This document shows, one piece after another, positions 1 to 12,490 of a DNA stretch of 64,000 bases (positions are counted from its first letter, which is position 1; every line of letters begins with the position of its first letter). The DNA is from Sphagnum compactum. Taxonomy: Eukaryota. The stretch spans positions 32,106,213 through 32,170,212 of the forward strand of contig OZ234493.1 in assembly GCA_965153455.1 (NCBI GenBank), in the 5' to 3' direction. The notes beneath the pieces were generated by a model that did not search any database, was not told the DNA's origin, and saw only the letters and a program-made list of their open reading frames with translations. The translations under genes were made by a program, and so were the position numbers.

Positions 1-330
1 ATACTTGGTAGTTAGATTGAGGCAAAACATGTGTTTCCTATTGCAAGCATTCTCATAGGTCTTTGTTGGTGTTGACTTGATGTGAAAAACTTGGATCTCT
101 TAATTCTTTTGATTAAAAATTGATTTGATAATCCTACCAATATTGATGTTGAGCACTAAGGAGGACCTAAAAATGTAGATGGGTTTGGCAAGGTTGAGGA
201 CATATTAGATGTGATAGATGTTGAATTTCCTGATCAAGTTGAAGGTCAAAAAGAGGATTATGTCCAAAATTGCGTTTTGTGTGATGATTTTGGTAATATA
301 AATTGTTCATGATGTAGTTGATACCTCTTA
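1..330 (+). mobile_element. Decayed hAT transposase C-terminal (dimerisation domain) remnant, cut by the window edge
   Basis: Frame 1 reads ILGS*IEAKHVFPIASILIGLCWC*LDVKNLDLLILLIKN*FDNP. This is colinear with the C-terminus of the hAT remnant at 22870-23200 (VGVVIGLKCCRHGIENLEKLVLIMKNWSDDP) and has in-frame stops. Confidence 0.75.
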
Positions 331-1664
331 GTCTTAATTGAACTCCTATGCCTCTTTTGCCAAGTTTTGTTGTAAATATGTCAATTCAATGATCACATTG
401 TAAACCATGAATGCATATTAGTTGTTTGGTCTGAACCCTTCATATGAATGATTCAAAGTTTGCATGTTTTGACATTTTTTTGTTTTTTTTTTAATTCTTT
501 TTTTAAAAAGTATTTTACATAGACCAAAACCAATTTTTACATTTATACTTACATCCCCCACCCTATACACTTACAAAATATGTAAATGAACCATAAACAT
601 GCATGACATTCATTTGTTCATTTTTTGATAACCACTAAAAATTAGTATTTACAGCGTAAATTGGGTGGTTGTTGGTTCTAGTTTTTTGATTTGCATAACT
701 ATGTCCTTTGATATGAAAGAGATGAATTTATGACATATAACCATGTCTTGAATAAATAAAAAAATAGTTTTTAGTAAATATCATTGTAGTTTACAAAAAT
801 TAAAAAAACCAATCAAAGTACCTTTTGTAAAACTATTGGTTTTTTTACGTTTCTTTCATCAAAACTAGTTCTCTCATGGTTTGACTTTTGAAATAATTGG
901 AGTCTTGAACTAGAGGGCATTTAAAATTTTCAAAAACTCAAAACTGAGTGCTATTAACAAAATGAAATAACTGCCCAACATTAGTATTTATTTAAGCTTT
1001 TCACCTTGTTTAAAAAGATTGGCAATTAATAGTTCAAGGTAGATTCTTTGTCCTTGTTCTTTGATCTTTTAGAATGTTCACAAAACATCAAAACCCATTT
1101 GGTTGGTTCTTCCTATTTAAGAAAACTTTCAATCCTAGTTTTGACATTTCAATTTTTTTCTAATGGGTTTTACAAGTGCAAGTTTGAACCTAACTCTTCA
1201 AATCTCTAATCATGCAACTCCAATTTTGGCACCTTTTTCAAGTTAAAGGAACCTTTGGGTGATTTTGAACCCAATTTTCCAAAATCCCTAAACCATGTGG
1301 TTTCAACTTTGGCATATTTTTTCCAAATTCAAGAACCTTTGAAGGCAATTAAAAAACTAAGTCAAGTTCTATGTACACTACACACTCCACATGACTAAAG
1401 AAATGACTCGTTTTAATTTGGTAGAATATAATAATCGGCCTTAGTAGGTGGTTGCATTAAAATTGTCTCATGAAAATTCTCCTTTTTTTATGTTTGTTAG
1501 TGAGCCTTGTTTTGTTGGCTCGTGAAAGGTGATGGTATGAAATGGCAAATTGGATAGCCAATGGGAAATTCTCATGCATTTCTCGATGGGAAGAAGAGCA
1601 AATACAATGGTAAACTAGAGATTGTTCATGCATTTCCCCATGCTATGCGAAAGGACAAACAAAA

Positions 1665-1970
1665 AGGACCAAATATGATGATAAAACACTAATGATTTGG
1701 TTGAAAAAATGATTCAAGTGTCATCACTAAAAGTTTTGAAAGAGGTCTAAATATGATCCCTTATTGGCCCAAGTGTGAATTCAAATGTCATTGGTCTTCT
1801 TACTAGTGCTAAGGTTTGGGACACTAAAAGGAAAAACCAAAGGTCCAATATGATGAAGATGCATTTTGATTGGTTGAAAATGGTTCAAGTGTTATTGGTC
1901 AACGTGTGAAGCAAGTGTGAACATCACTTTTTTATTAACTCAAGTGTGAATTCAGATATCATGGTTATAA
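1665..1970. repeat. Degenerate direct duplication of ~170 bp upstream of the first gene
   Basis: Two copies of aatatgatga...tgatt(t)ggttgaaaa...ttcaagtg...caagtgtgaattca.at.tcat start near 1672 and 1847. Confidence 0.6.
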
Positions 1971-2129
1971 TGTTCTCGGGCACGGGATCTCGGATGGTTA
2001 TCTTGTTCTCGGGCTTGGGAACGGGGGTTTGAGACGGAGAGCGAGAGATGAGTGGATTAGGGTTTGGTGGTATGTGCGCGGCAGCCATTGCCATCGCCAG
2101 TGGGGTTTGGTCGAGAAGTGCAGCGAGCG

Positions 2130-5100
2130 ATGGAAGAAGAGAAAGCGGCAGCTTACTACGAGGAGCTGGTGCGCAAGGGAGGTAATGCCGCGCGTTTCAA
2201 GCAGGGACTGGGATTCGGTGGAGCCAAGGGTTCGGAAGTCAGTAGTAGTAGTAGTATTATTCCCAAGAGGGACGCGCATGCATCATCATCACTGAGCAAC
2301 TTTTTGAAGCAAGCCAGCCCTGGAAGAGCGGCGGCAATTCAGACTGAGATAAAAGCTGAAAGCATTCGGGATAAACTCAAGAAGAAAGATACAATCCCCT
2401 CCGACGACCACCACGACAGCCGCCGCAAACACAGGCAAGTAGTTTGGTTTTCTGCCTTTTGTGCAAGTGCGTTTTTTTTTGCTTGTTTTTTTGTTTCACT
2501 TGTGTGCCGTATAATGCAACGCTCACCATGCGTCGTCGACTCTCCTGACGGGGTGTAAAAGAAGGGCAATTGCGAATTGCAAACGGCTTCCCCCTGGGTT
2601 TTGGAGTAGATGTCAAGGCTGGTTATATTGATTGCAAACCATTTTGGTTTTCTAGGGGAAGAAGGACTAGGTGTGCCTGAGCTCTGCATGTGCGTCACAG
2701 ACCACGTAATGATGAAAAGTTCGTGAATGGTTCAAGGCAGGAGTCAAGGAAGGATGCTGAGCATGTGTCAAGAAAAGGAAGCCCCCTTAGGGATCGTCCT
2801 CGTCAAGGTCACAGCAATTCACCAGATTCCAGTAGTGGTCAACAGCAGCGGTCCCGAAGGTGGAAGCATGATTCTCCATCTTCAAACAGGAATGCAAGGC
2901 ATTCACATGATTCAAGAAGCTTGAGCAGTTCATCAGAACACAGCAACTCAAGAGACTTTGGTGACAGGAGGTCTAGGAGGGGAAAACATGATGGGAGGAG
3001 TCCAGGCAGGTTGAAGAAGAGTCGGCAGTGGGGCCACAGAGACGAAAGGGACAGATCTCGGAGTCGGAGAAAGAGGCGGAGATCTCACAGTTTTTCTAGT
3101 GACAGTGATGAGAGATCCTTTCGACATTCCCCCAGGTGCACAATCGCATGACTGCATATTCTAGATTGAGTCCAAATTGTTTGTTGCAGCTTGTGTCAAT
3201 TTCAGCTGTCTTTTGTTGCTTTGAAATGTTTCAGTGGCTCTTTCATTGTACATTGCATTTGCATTTCTGTTTTCTCAATTCCTCTTGGTCCTCATCTGAC
3301 AGGAGAGGCCACATCCAGTCATCATCTGATAGGTCACGGAAGAGGTCCTGCACTCCATTGCACAGTAGAAACCCAAGGGACCGAAGCCATTCTACTGAAA
3401 GACGCCAGGAGTGGACAAGAAGGAGCTCATCACGGGACAGAGATAGGAGGAGAAGGGGTACCTCTGTGGAGAGAATAAGGAAAGGAAGGAGTTTGAGTCT
3501 TTCGCAAGAAAAAGAGGAAGGCAATGGTGATGGCAGGAGTGAGAGACCAGGAAGGAGCTCTGCAACTAGGGTTGATACTAGCTCAAGGAGGCATGGCAGG
3601 AATGGAGATTCCAAAACAAAAGTAAAGAAAAGGGCACCTGACCGTGACTTCTTGAAGCTCATCCCCAATTTTGATTCCATGGTGAGCAAGAATCCTATAT
3701 CAAATTAACAGTTGGAGACATGTTAGGCCTGATGATGTCACCACATCTTGCTTATTTTGCTAGGTTACTTTGTGTAGGGTGAGGAAGAAGAACAGGGCCC
3801 TGCTCTGGGAATGAGGGGCCTGGTGTGAGGCAGGAGCTGAGCGTGGGACCTGAATTAATCACCCTGTTTGAGGTCCTTACCCAGTGTAAAGAACTAGTAG
3901 CATTTTGCTTTTGGAAACAGATGGCCTGTGATTTTATTTGAGAGGTGAGGATGGTGCCTTACTCATAAGGCCTGGTATGAGTAAGGTGCCATCCTCTGTT
4001 GAGGGAGATATTTTTTCCAAGGCTAAGACACCCTCCACATACCCTAGGAAAAGTTCTTCCAGTTCTTAATGCTCATTTGAGGTGGGTCTAATATATGTGT
4101 TCTGCCTGCAGACACCAGCAGAGAAAGTCAAAGCAAAAATGAAGCTACAACTGTCTGAAACAGGTCTTTCTCACCCCCCTACTACTAAACTGGGAGTGTT
4201 CCCTAAGATCCATCATCAACTGAATGCCATTGTTATACTGCCTGATTTCATGTTGTGATTTCCTTGTTGATCAAGTGCTGATGAGTCTGGTTGACAATGC
4301 CCCTTTTGCTTGTCTTGTTTGGCTTTCAGTGGTGAAGGATACAGCCAAGGGGATGACAGGAGAGTGGGAGAGGTTTGATTTTGACAAGGATGCACCCTTG
4401 GATGATGAGGCTAAGCTTGACTATTTTGGAGGTTCTTTTTCTCTTTGTTGTTTTCCCTATGCTTTTGAGCTGACCTTGAAGCCTTGCCTTCTTCAGCAAC
4501 AAACATCACTGTCATGGATACTATCATGAGTGAGAGACTACAGAATTATTCTTGTTGGCAATCAATTGTGAGCTGCTATTTCTCTTTGTTTAGTGTTACA
4601 TGGTATATGTGCTATGACAGTGTTATTGGTAGAATATATTTTTGAAGGCTTGTATGCACTTGTTGCACGAGCAGATGGAACAGGAGCCATTGATGACACG
4701 GGTCACATGAGAAATACTGGAAGCACACTGCTCTCTACAGCAAATCAGGTAATCAATCATATACTCCAAAACTCTGCAGGCCAGAATGACTCTTTCATCC
4801 ATCATTGGGCATGCAGTGCTAAGTTCCTAGTTTTTCAGGTCAACATTTCTTCTTTTGTAGATTTAGTAGTGGCCCTTACCATTATCAGAAATCATGTCTT
4901 GGGGGGCAACAAATATTAGCCTGGTTAACAAAATATGTGCACAAATTAGCCTGGTTAATGAGACGCTCATATGTGCACTAGTCAAATTCATATTAAATGC
5001 AGCATCACATGGTGAAGGAAGTGGATGCTTGGGGCCCTGTTTTAATTAGGAGCCATGTTAGGACATAAACCAAAGCTGTGACCTATGACACGGAATCGAC

Positions 5101-5992
5101 ATGGGCCATTTTTCTTTGAAATGTTGCAGATGAGATTTATCTATTTTCTTCTTCTGAATATTTCCCACAAAAGTACCTCAGAAAAAGTGTGAAGTGAACT
5201 TAACACCCTTTCTTGAGTTCCCATCTGATCACACTGATTTTTAGGGAAGGTCCCAGAATTCCCAGGATAAGGCATAGTGTGATCTGAGGTAGTAGTTGCG
5301 GTCTTTGGAGCTTTTGTACCATTCTGAACCCTGATAGCCTTGCATGTAGACAAAGGGAGGCAGACCTCTTTAATCTGCAGGACAGGTAACAGATCTCAAT
5401 TTATTTTACAGGCAAGGAGGGAAGCTCAAATTCAAGCAGCCCATGATGCAGCCATCTTTGGGGCCCCTGTTGCAACCACTCATGGATCGAAAACCAAGAA
5501 GGGAGGCTCTGGGCATAGGGTAAGGGACAGTGAAGAGGACAACCGTGCTGCCAGGAGAAGATCTGACGTCACAAGCCTTACTGATGAAGAAGAGAGGTCA
5601 AAGGTTACTGAGACTCCCGGCACTGGTGTTGTTAGTGAGCAGGTAAAGCTTTCCCTTCACTCTGGGAGGTGGCATTGCACTTTAGGAGCCCTTGTTTTTG
5701 CAGCATAAAATCTGAACTGGACTCAGGGTTTTTTAGGGTTTTCTAAATCAATTGTACCAAAACTTGTATCTTTGAAGTCTAGGAAACAGTCTTCATGAAG
5801 TGGGTATTTTGGTCTGTTTCTTTTGGGGTTCTAGGTCAGAGATTTTTTGCAACTCACCATGCTTGACCCCTTGGATGTTGCGTACAGATTATAGCAATGC
5901 AGTCGGCAGGGTCATGGCAAGAAAGGGCAAAGAAAATGAGGGAGGCAAGGGCAGCAGCAGCAGGCTTGCATATGGAAGCATCTGCCTCATGA
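2130..5992 (+). CDS. Uncharacterised Arg/Ser-rich protein, 8 exons, possibly nuclear or splicing-associated
   Basis: Exons 2130-2434, 2701-3135, 3303-3681, 4112-4163, 4330-4431, 4675-4748, 5412-5642, 5888-5992 join in phase. N-terminus is MEEEKAAAYYEELVRKGGNAARFKQGLGF, the middle is RS/RD-rich, and the C-terminal block reads TPAEKVKAKMKLQLSET...WERFDFDKDAPLDDE...AAHDAAIFG...SWQERA. Function is inferred from composition only. Confidence 0.85.
3947..3996. repeat. Intronic inverted repeat with 21-bp arms and an 8-nt loop
   Basis: gaggatggtgccttactcata-aggcctgg-tatgagtaaggtgccatcctc: 19 Watson-Crick pairs plus 2 G-U pairs. Confidence 0.85.
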
Positions 5993-8054
5993 TAAATTGA
6001 CTGCTTGTCTTGAACTCTCTCTCTCATAAAGAATGGAGTGGTGTTGGTTTATGCACCTTCCTTTTCTCACTGGTCTTCTCATTTTGTACTTCATACAAAT
6101 CGACACAGTATTGGCCCTTTGTTTGTAGCAAATCTTGCTGGTCACAAGCTACCTGAAATTAAAGGTCAATGCTTTGTGCATATGTTCACCTTTAGTTGCT
6201 TGATCATCCTAATCAACTTATGTCGATGCCTTCGATTGCAGAGTGTTAACTAACAGAGATTCCGCTTTTCCCTACTTTCCTCAAACATTTTGTACAAAAT
6301 CCACCCCCTCAGAAGCACCAGAGGGTTGGATCTTGAACAGGAAGTCAAAAATGAGGAGAAATTCAAATCGATCTTGTCATTTATAAGGTACACTTTATTT
6401 GGGTTCCCCCAAGTTTTTGCATGTCATACATCAACATCACAAATAATGTTTGCCAAAAGACACCTTTGTTGACAATTGAATATCATGGGTGTTGGAAAAT
6501 TTTGAAAGAATGTGGAGAATAGTTGATTTCCCCTAACCTTAGTCCATTCTAATAATTCCTTTCTTGATGTGAAGACATCTAAGTACCAACAAGATTCACT
6601 ATGTTTTTGTTCTCTCAAGTTTGTCGGCTCTGTCCATAGGGAAGAGACTACACATCTGTGCAGGACTTGCAGGACTTGGGAATAAAATTTTGGCTCACTC
6701 ATTGGCCAATGTGGGGATGACAAGTGTTCACAGAATGAAAACTTTTAGATGTATGTAATTTTTCATGTTTGAGGGTGGATGCATCAATATATAATGAAAG
6801 GCGGAGCCATTGCATGATGAGCTGCTTGTTATTTATGCATATGGATTGACAAACATTAAAAAAACACTTTTTTTGCACAACATCCACTTGAAGGGATCAA
6901 AAGAAATGAGCCACCAAAATGTAGTTGAGGACAATCACCTTTGCAAAAATCAAATATTTTCAATTCCAAAGTTTTTTAAAGCAATAACATGACACCCAAT
7001 ACCTACAACAAATTGAAGTTGCTCAGGCTAGACCTCAAAGGAGTCATTTCTCCGACATGTCCAGCAATTCTATCACAAGTTCTTAATGACTAACAAAAAA
7101 ACTCATAACAATTCTACGACCCAAAAAAACAAACACCAACAATGACTCGCCGACAATGAAACAAAATGATAAAAATGAGGAGAAAGCCAAACCCTTCAAT
7201 CAATCCAGGCAAAAAATCAGACTAACTTGGATGAGAACCTGGGTAGCAACCAGTTACCAATTTTTAAAAACTAGAAACTGAATTTCAGTCCTAGATCACA
7301 CAAGGCAGTGTTGAAGCAAAGCACCTAGAAAGCTCATTTTATGTGTGAGAAGTCAAAAGAGAAGAGATATTGCTAAAGAAGGATGGAATGCCAAGAAAGA
7401 CTTGGAATTAAGGTTGTTGTTAAATTTAGGCCAGTATGTTGGAACTCGGCATACCATTTCTCTTTGTGCTGTTCTCTAGTTTTCCTAATTCCCCCCTGGC
7501 ATATGGAAGGCTTTTGGTTGAGGACCAGGGGCTTAAAACATGGTCTTGAATGTGCCACTCGCTCTCGAGAGCTGTTGCGCATGACTCTGAACTGGTTATT
7601 GGCTTTGTCCATACTGTGTAAGCACACTTCCGGTTCTTACCAAAGACCCAGCTGTATTTCTTACAGATGCCAGTATAGTTTTACACTTGAGATTGCATCT
7701 ACAGAATTCTCCTCAATAACAAACTTACTATTGCCACCACAGTTCCAACTTTCTCTACAGGCAGTAATCTAGCAAACACACAGCAATGGGCCCTTTAGGC
7801 TGTGCAATCCAATAGCAAGACTGGAGCAAATAATGCAGAGGTTGAATTCATGGTGGCATCCAGAAATACTACTATACAGATCTAAGGTTGTAATGTGTGG
7901 CCCATTTCCCAATTCGCAGATATTTGCACCCTCTTCACAGGTATTTGCAGCCTGGTGTGATGGAGAACTAGAGCATTTTCCAACTTTTGCGCTCCATGTC
8001 ATTTACGGGTTTATGAGGAAAAGCTATGAAAAAGGAGCCTGATGGACTCACACG

Positions 8055-11000
8055 TCAATCAGTTACATGTCTTGGAGTCCAAATTTTGACAAGGAAATCA
8101 GCAGAGCAAGTGGCAAGAATGGGATCAATAGGATGGAATGTAGCACCACATACACGGTCACCATGACCCTCCAGTCGTTGCACCAGCTCTGCAGTTCCCT
8201 GCCCCCCACAACCCGCCTTGCAGTCTCAACAAAAGACCGTGAAAAGTTTCATGGGAAAAAACTGGACAAAGAGATGAAGGGAGCAGATTGTCTCAAAGCC
8301 AAATTATCAAAGGTGGGAATCCTGACAACTTGGGAGTTCTTTCTGAGAAATAGCTATTCTACATCAGCCCTGATGCAAAACCCTGAACAGGAATTCTGCA
8401 TCTAAGGACTATCATAAACATTTGGTTTTCTTCAGTTTGTCAAATTGACAAAACCAAGCACAAATGCAGACTCGTTCACCACTGCAGGAATTCATCTTCA
8501 GGGATTATGATTTGCATGAGAAAAGAAAAATCTAAAGACCCTGTATCCCTTAAGACATCTAGATTTAATTTGCGAGTGGAGAGAGACTCACAGATGGGCC
8601 GCTGACATCAAAGATGTATGCATAATTGTCAGCACTACCAGTAGCAAGAAGCAAAGCATCATGGACAGTTGGATCCTGGAAGGAGCTGGAGACAAAACAT
8701 TTTGGCCCAAAGATCAGTGGCTGGCATTGATAAATGGCTTGATGAAAGAGATGGTGTTGAGCATTGATATATGACTCCGCACTCTACAAGGATGGCACTT
8801 ACATCAATTCTGGGCTGCGTGGTCTGTAGTCCCCACTGGTGGGATGCCCATCATTTTGTTTCGGCCATCGTCTCCTCACAGCTTGTTGGTCTGAATCCTC
8901 ACAGACCACACTACCATAAATTTGTAATCGATAGAATACCACCTATCTTTGATGAAATCAAAGCACAGCAGAATATTCAGTTTCTAAGGACCAATTTCAT
9001 AAGAATTTCGATGGACAATGCATGATATGCTATGACATTGCATATCAGTTAGCCAGAAAATATGGTTCTGCGCATTTGGCACAGTTGCATGCAGAGAGGT
9101 CGAGGTCAATGTGGGCTTACAGTCATGGCCTTGAAACAAGGAACTTTTAATAGGCCAATTCTTGGTGCGGGTGCCATTGATTGCATGCACTAACTGCAAG
9201 CTTCCCAGTCGCAACTGAGGGTGATCGGTGATGCAAAATCTGTCATACACTCTCAAGACTGATGATCCCCCACACACCCACCCACACCATCCTGTTGTCA
9301 AATCAAGATGCCCTGTTCTCATCTACCTATCAGAAACCAGTCAGACACATGAATTTGAGGAAGACTTTCCTTATCACCTAGCTCTTTGAGCATGCTAATT
9401 TGCACACTTCTGAGGAGGTTCTAACCATGTTTGGAAACATCCAGAACTCAAAAGAGAAATCTTACATTATCCAACTTCACACTGCTGGATCATCTCACTT
9501 GACAGGGAAGATCATGTAGACAGCTCAATCAGAGGGTATAGAAAAAGGAGAAACTGTACCATTATCAGAACTATTGACTGCCATATGAACACCTTGTTCA
9601 TTAGCTGCTGCACCCATCATCCCATCATTATCAGAACTAAATTGGTTTTTCCAGAGGCTCCACAAACTGTCCACCCATCCTTGCTAACAGACAACCATCC
9701 TTCTGTGGCTTTAGTACACTTACAGAGACCATGAGGACGTCCATAACAATCCAATTTCCTTGCAGAGAAACCATCCCACATGACGTAGCCTACATGGCAA
9801 AAAATGCTGGATTTCTGGAACATGAGTATCTATGTCTAAAACGTGACCCCATTGGACCCTCTGGGGCCTCACCTTATTACACAACAAGTAATCTTAGTGA
9901 GCACGCAGCAAATAACTCTATTGAAGAAGAGAATGGCTTCTATCTCTGGTTTTTAGGTCATCTTGATGAAGACAAAAAATGGCATTCCACAGTGACTGTG
10001 CCACAAAAGTACAGCTAAAGGTGTGAATTGAGGCATGAAAAGGGAGAATACCATCAGGAGGAGCAGATGTGGTGAGAGAAGTAATAGGTTTATGACCCTC
10101 TTCATTAAAAAGAGTCTCAACACAGGCCCGTGTTCGCAAGTCCCACAGCTTCATGGCTCCATGTGAGTCCCCTGACAGACATGCAATACCATTCCGGCAC
10201 ACTACTAATGCACTCATTTTGGCATCACCACTTAGCAGCATAGTGACACCCCCTGATCTGTGGACCCGTCGATCCAGCACATAAATGTTTTTTGAGGTAC
10301 TCCCCGCCAAGAACACATCATTGTCTGGACATATCAAACCCAGCTCTTCTCAATCAACTCAATCATCAGGAAGATTGACAAACAATACAGTACATCGTGT
10401 GAAAACGAATACACAATGTATCACAAGTAGATATCTTCTTCAACTTGCTTCTGTTAATTTTCTTGCAGCATACAGGGTAGAATGCCAAGACCTGCAGGAT
10501 TGAAACGGACAGCCTGAATAAAGCCTTGCAACTCGCTGTATGAGTGCACTACTTTGCCTGCAGCCAAGTCCCACTCCTTAACACAGTGGTCAAACCCTCC
10601 TGATAACAGCAAGGTGCCATCATTTGACCAATCCACATCTGCCACATTCTGCTGATGCTCCTGAAAGCACTGTACCTGAATGCACCAATCGAACCAGTTA
10701 CTCCTCTCCTCTTCTCCTTCATTCTTCTCCTTACTGATTATAACTTAGAAACAAAAAACTGGACAATACTTAGACTTAACAGGATGATCCAAACAGTTGG
10801 AACTAGGGTATGTGAAGAGGTAGAAGTTAGCATTGAAACAGACTGCACAAATATTTTTTCCCCATTGGGGTGGATACCAATTTACTGCTCAAAGACTGAG
10901 TGAGCAAATAATTGAGAGACAAAGGAAAAGAAAACAGGGGGAAAAGGATTTGTTTCCCAACCTCGCGTTGAGTTTGAACATCCCAAATACGCACGCTTTG

Positions 11001-12280
11001 ATCAAATGATCCTGATGCCAATAGATTGCTCAATCTGCAAAATTGGGCAGCATACACTGGTCCCGTATGGCCCTGTCAAGTTCCAACTATTTACCATCAG
11101 TATGGCATTCCTCATGCACCTCCTCCTCATTCAGAACTGGACCTTCCTTTCCCCTTGCTGCCAATGGTTAACTGAATTGGAGTAGAATGTTCAGGAAATC
11201 CTTTGATTATTCCTCTCAGTCAAAATCTAGATACAACCTGACTAAACAAACCCTTTGAACTCTCTTTTCATGTGAGTCACAAAGAGAAGAATTGTGTAAA
11301 GATGATCATGGGCCAACAAATTAACCTTGAGATCAAAAGAGTGATAAAATTGACGACTGTCTGCCTTGCGTTTCGGCTTTGAGCCAGCAACTCCTGAAAG
11401 TCACAAACCCGTCATGATCATGATGATGTGCTTTGATATGCAAAGTGCAGCAGTAGCAGCTGCGGCAATTAAAATATGCTGATTGCTGTGTTTTCATATT
11501 GAAAAACATGCAGTATGACAATCCATATCCTCACACATACTTACTTGTATAACATTATTATCCCTCTTGCTGTACATGCAGGGGGCAACCTGCTCTTCTT
11601 CTTCACATATTTGCACAAAAGGCATGAAGTAACAAAAGGCACACAGAAAAACACAAATATGAAAGGAATGCACAATCAAAGAATGGTTGCAGAAACTTTT
11701 GTTGTTACCTGTGAGACCAACTTTCTGCAAGCCATGATGATCAGGTACATGATGATGCACAGTTTCTGGAAGAAGAATCTCTGGCAGAAGAGAAGAAGAA
11801 GAAGAGCTGCTCTCAGGGTTGATGATATTGTCAATGTCGAATGGTTTTGCCGTCCTTCCAAGTTGCTCTATGCATGCACCATGCCTGCAGCAACACAAAA
11901 AGAGAAGAAGATGATGATGTTGATAAGGTTCAGCACATTCCTAATTCTGAAAAAACCATTTTGAAGATGCGTGTTCTTGTTCTACTGCTTCTTCTTGCAT
12001 GCAACATGCGTGACGGAAGATCTGCAACTTTGGCAGACGAAGAAGGAGGAGGAGGAGGAGGAACTGAGAGAGAGAGATCCATGCGGTACCTGACACTGAG
12101 GTCATAGACGGCCTTCTTGAGGCCGCGATTCTCCTTCTCCAGCTGGTCCAGGCGCTGCTTGAGCTGCTTGTTCTCTTTGAGAACCAGATCGAGGTTGGAT
12201 TTGTAATATCCTTCGGATCCCGACGTGTTGATGCCGACGCTGGAGAGCGACAGACGCGACGACGGCGCAGCTGTTGCCAT
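8055..12280 (-). CDS. WD40-repeat protein with an N-terminal coiled coil, 11 coding exons
   Basis: Exons 12280-12090, 11884-11709, 11393-11326, 11072-10962, 10675-10492, 10324-10052, 9607-9560, 9258-9121, 8890-8803, 8685-8592, 8198-8055 are GT-AG bounded and in phase. WD motifs include GHTGPVYAAQF...ASGSFDQSVRIWD, SGGFDHCVKEWD, SGDSHGAMKLWD, LATGSADNYAYIFD and LEGHGDRV...ATCSADFLVKIW. Confidence 0.9.
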
Positions 12281-12316
12281 TGTTCTTGTTCTTCTACTTC
12301 ATGCTCTTCAAAAACA

Positions 12317-12490
12317 CCCCCCCCCCCCCCCCCCCCCCTCTCTCTCTCTCTCTCTTCTCTGTCTCTGGACTTGTCTCTGTCTCTCTCCCGACTCCTCCCT
12401 CTCTTTCCCGTCGCTTCTCTGTCTCTGGACTTGCCCCTGTCTCTCTCCCGACTCCTCCCTCTCTTTCCCGACGCTTCTCTCTGTCTCTGT
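12317..12490 (-). repeat. G22 run, (GA)n tract and a 60-bp tandem duplication in the WD40 5' leader region
   Basis: 22 consecutive C on + at 12317-12338, then (CT)n. Lines 12361-12420 and 12421-12480 are near-identical 60-mers. Confidence 0.9.

Noticed and set aside
2064-2129. ORF-track N-terminal extension of gene 1, plus overlapping antisense and alternative-frame ORFs at 1998-3700
   Set aside because: The extension starts at a non-ATG codon and the ATG at 2130 begins the conserved-looking sequence. The other ORFs are shadows of low-complexity RS-coding exons.
11545-11569. Possible 25-nt micro-exon (tacag|...|gtaagt) in WD40 intron 2
   Set aside because: It would shift the frame, and the flanking exons already join in phase without it. 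A poison-exon role cannot be excluded but has no support here.
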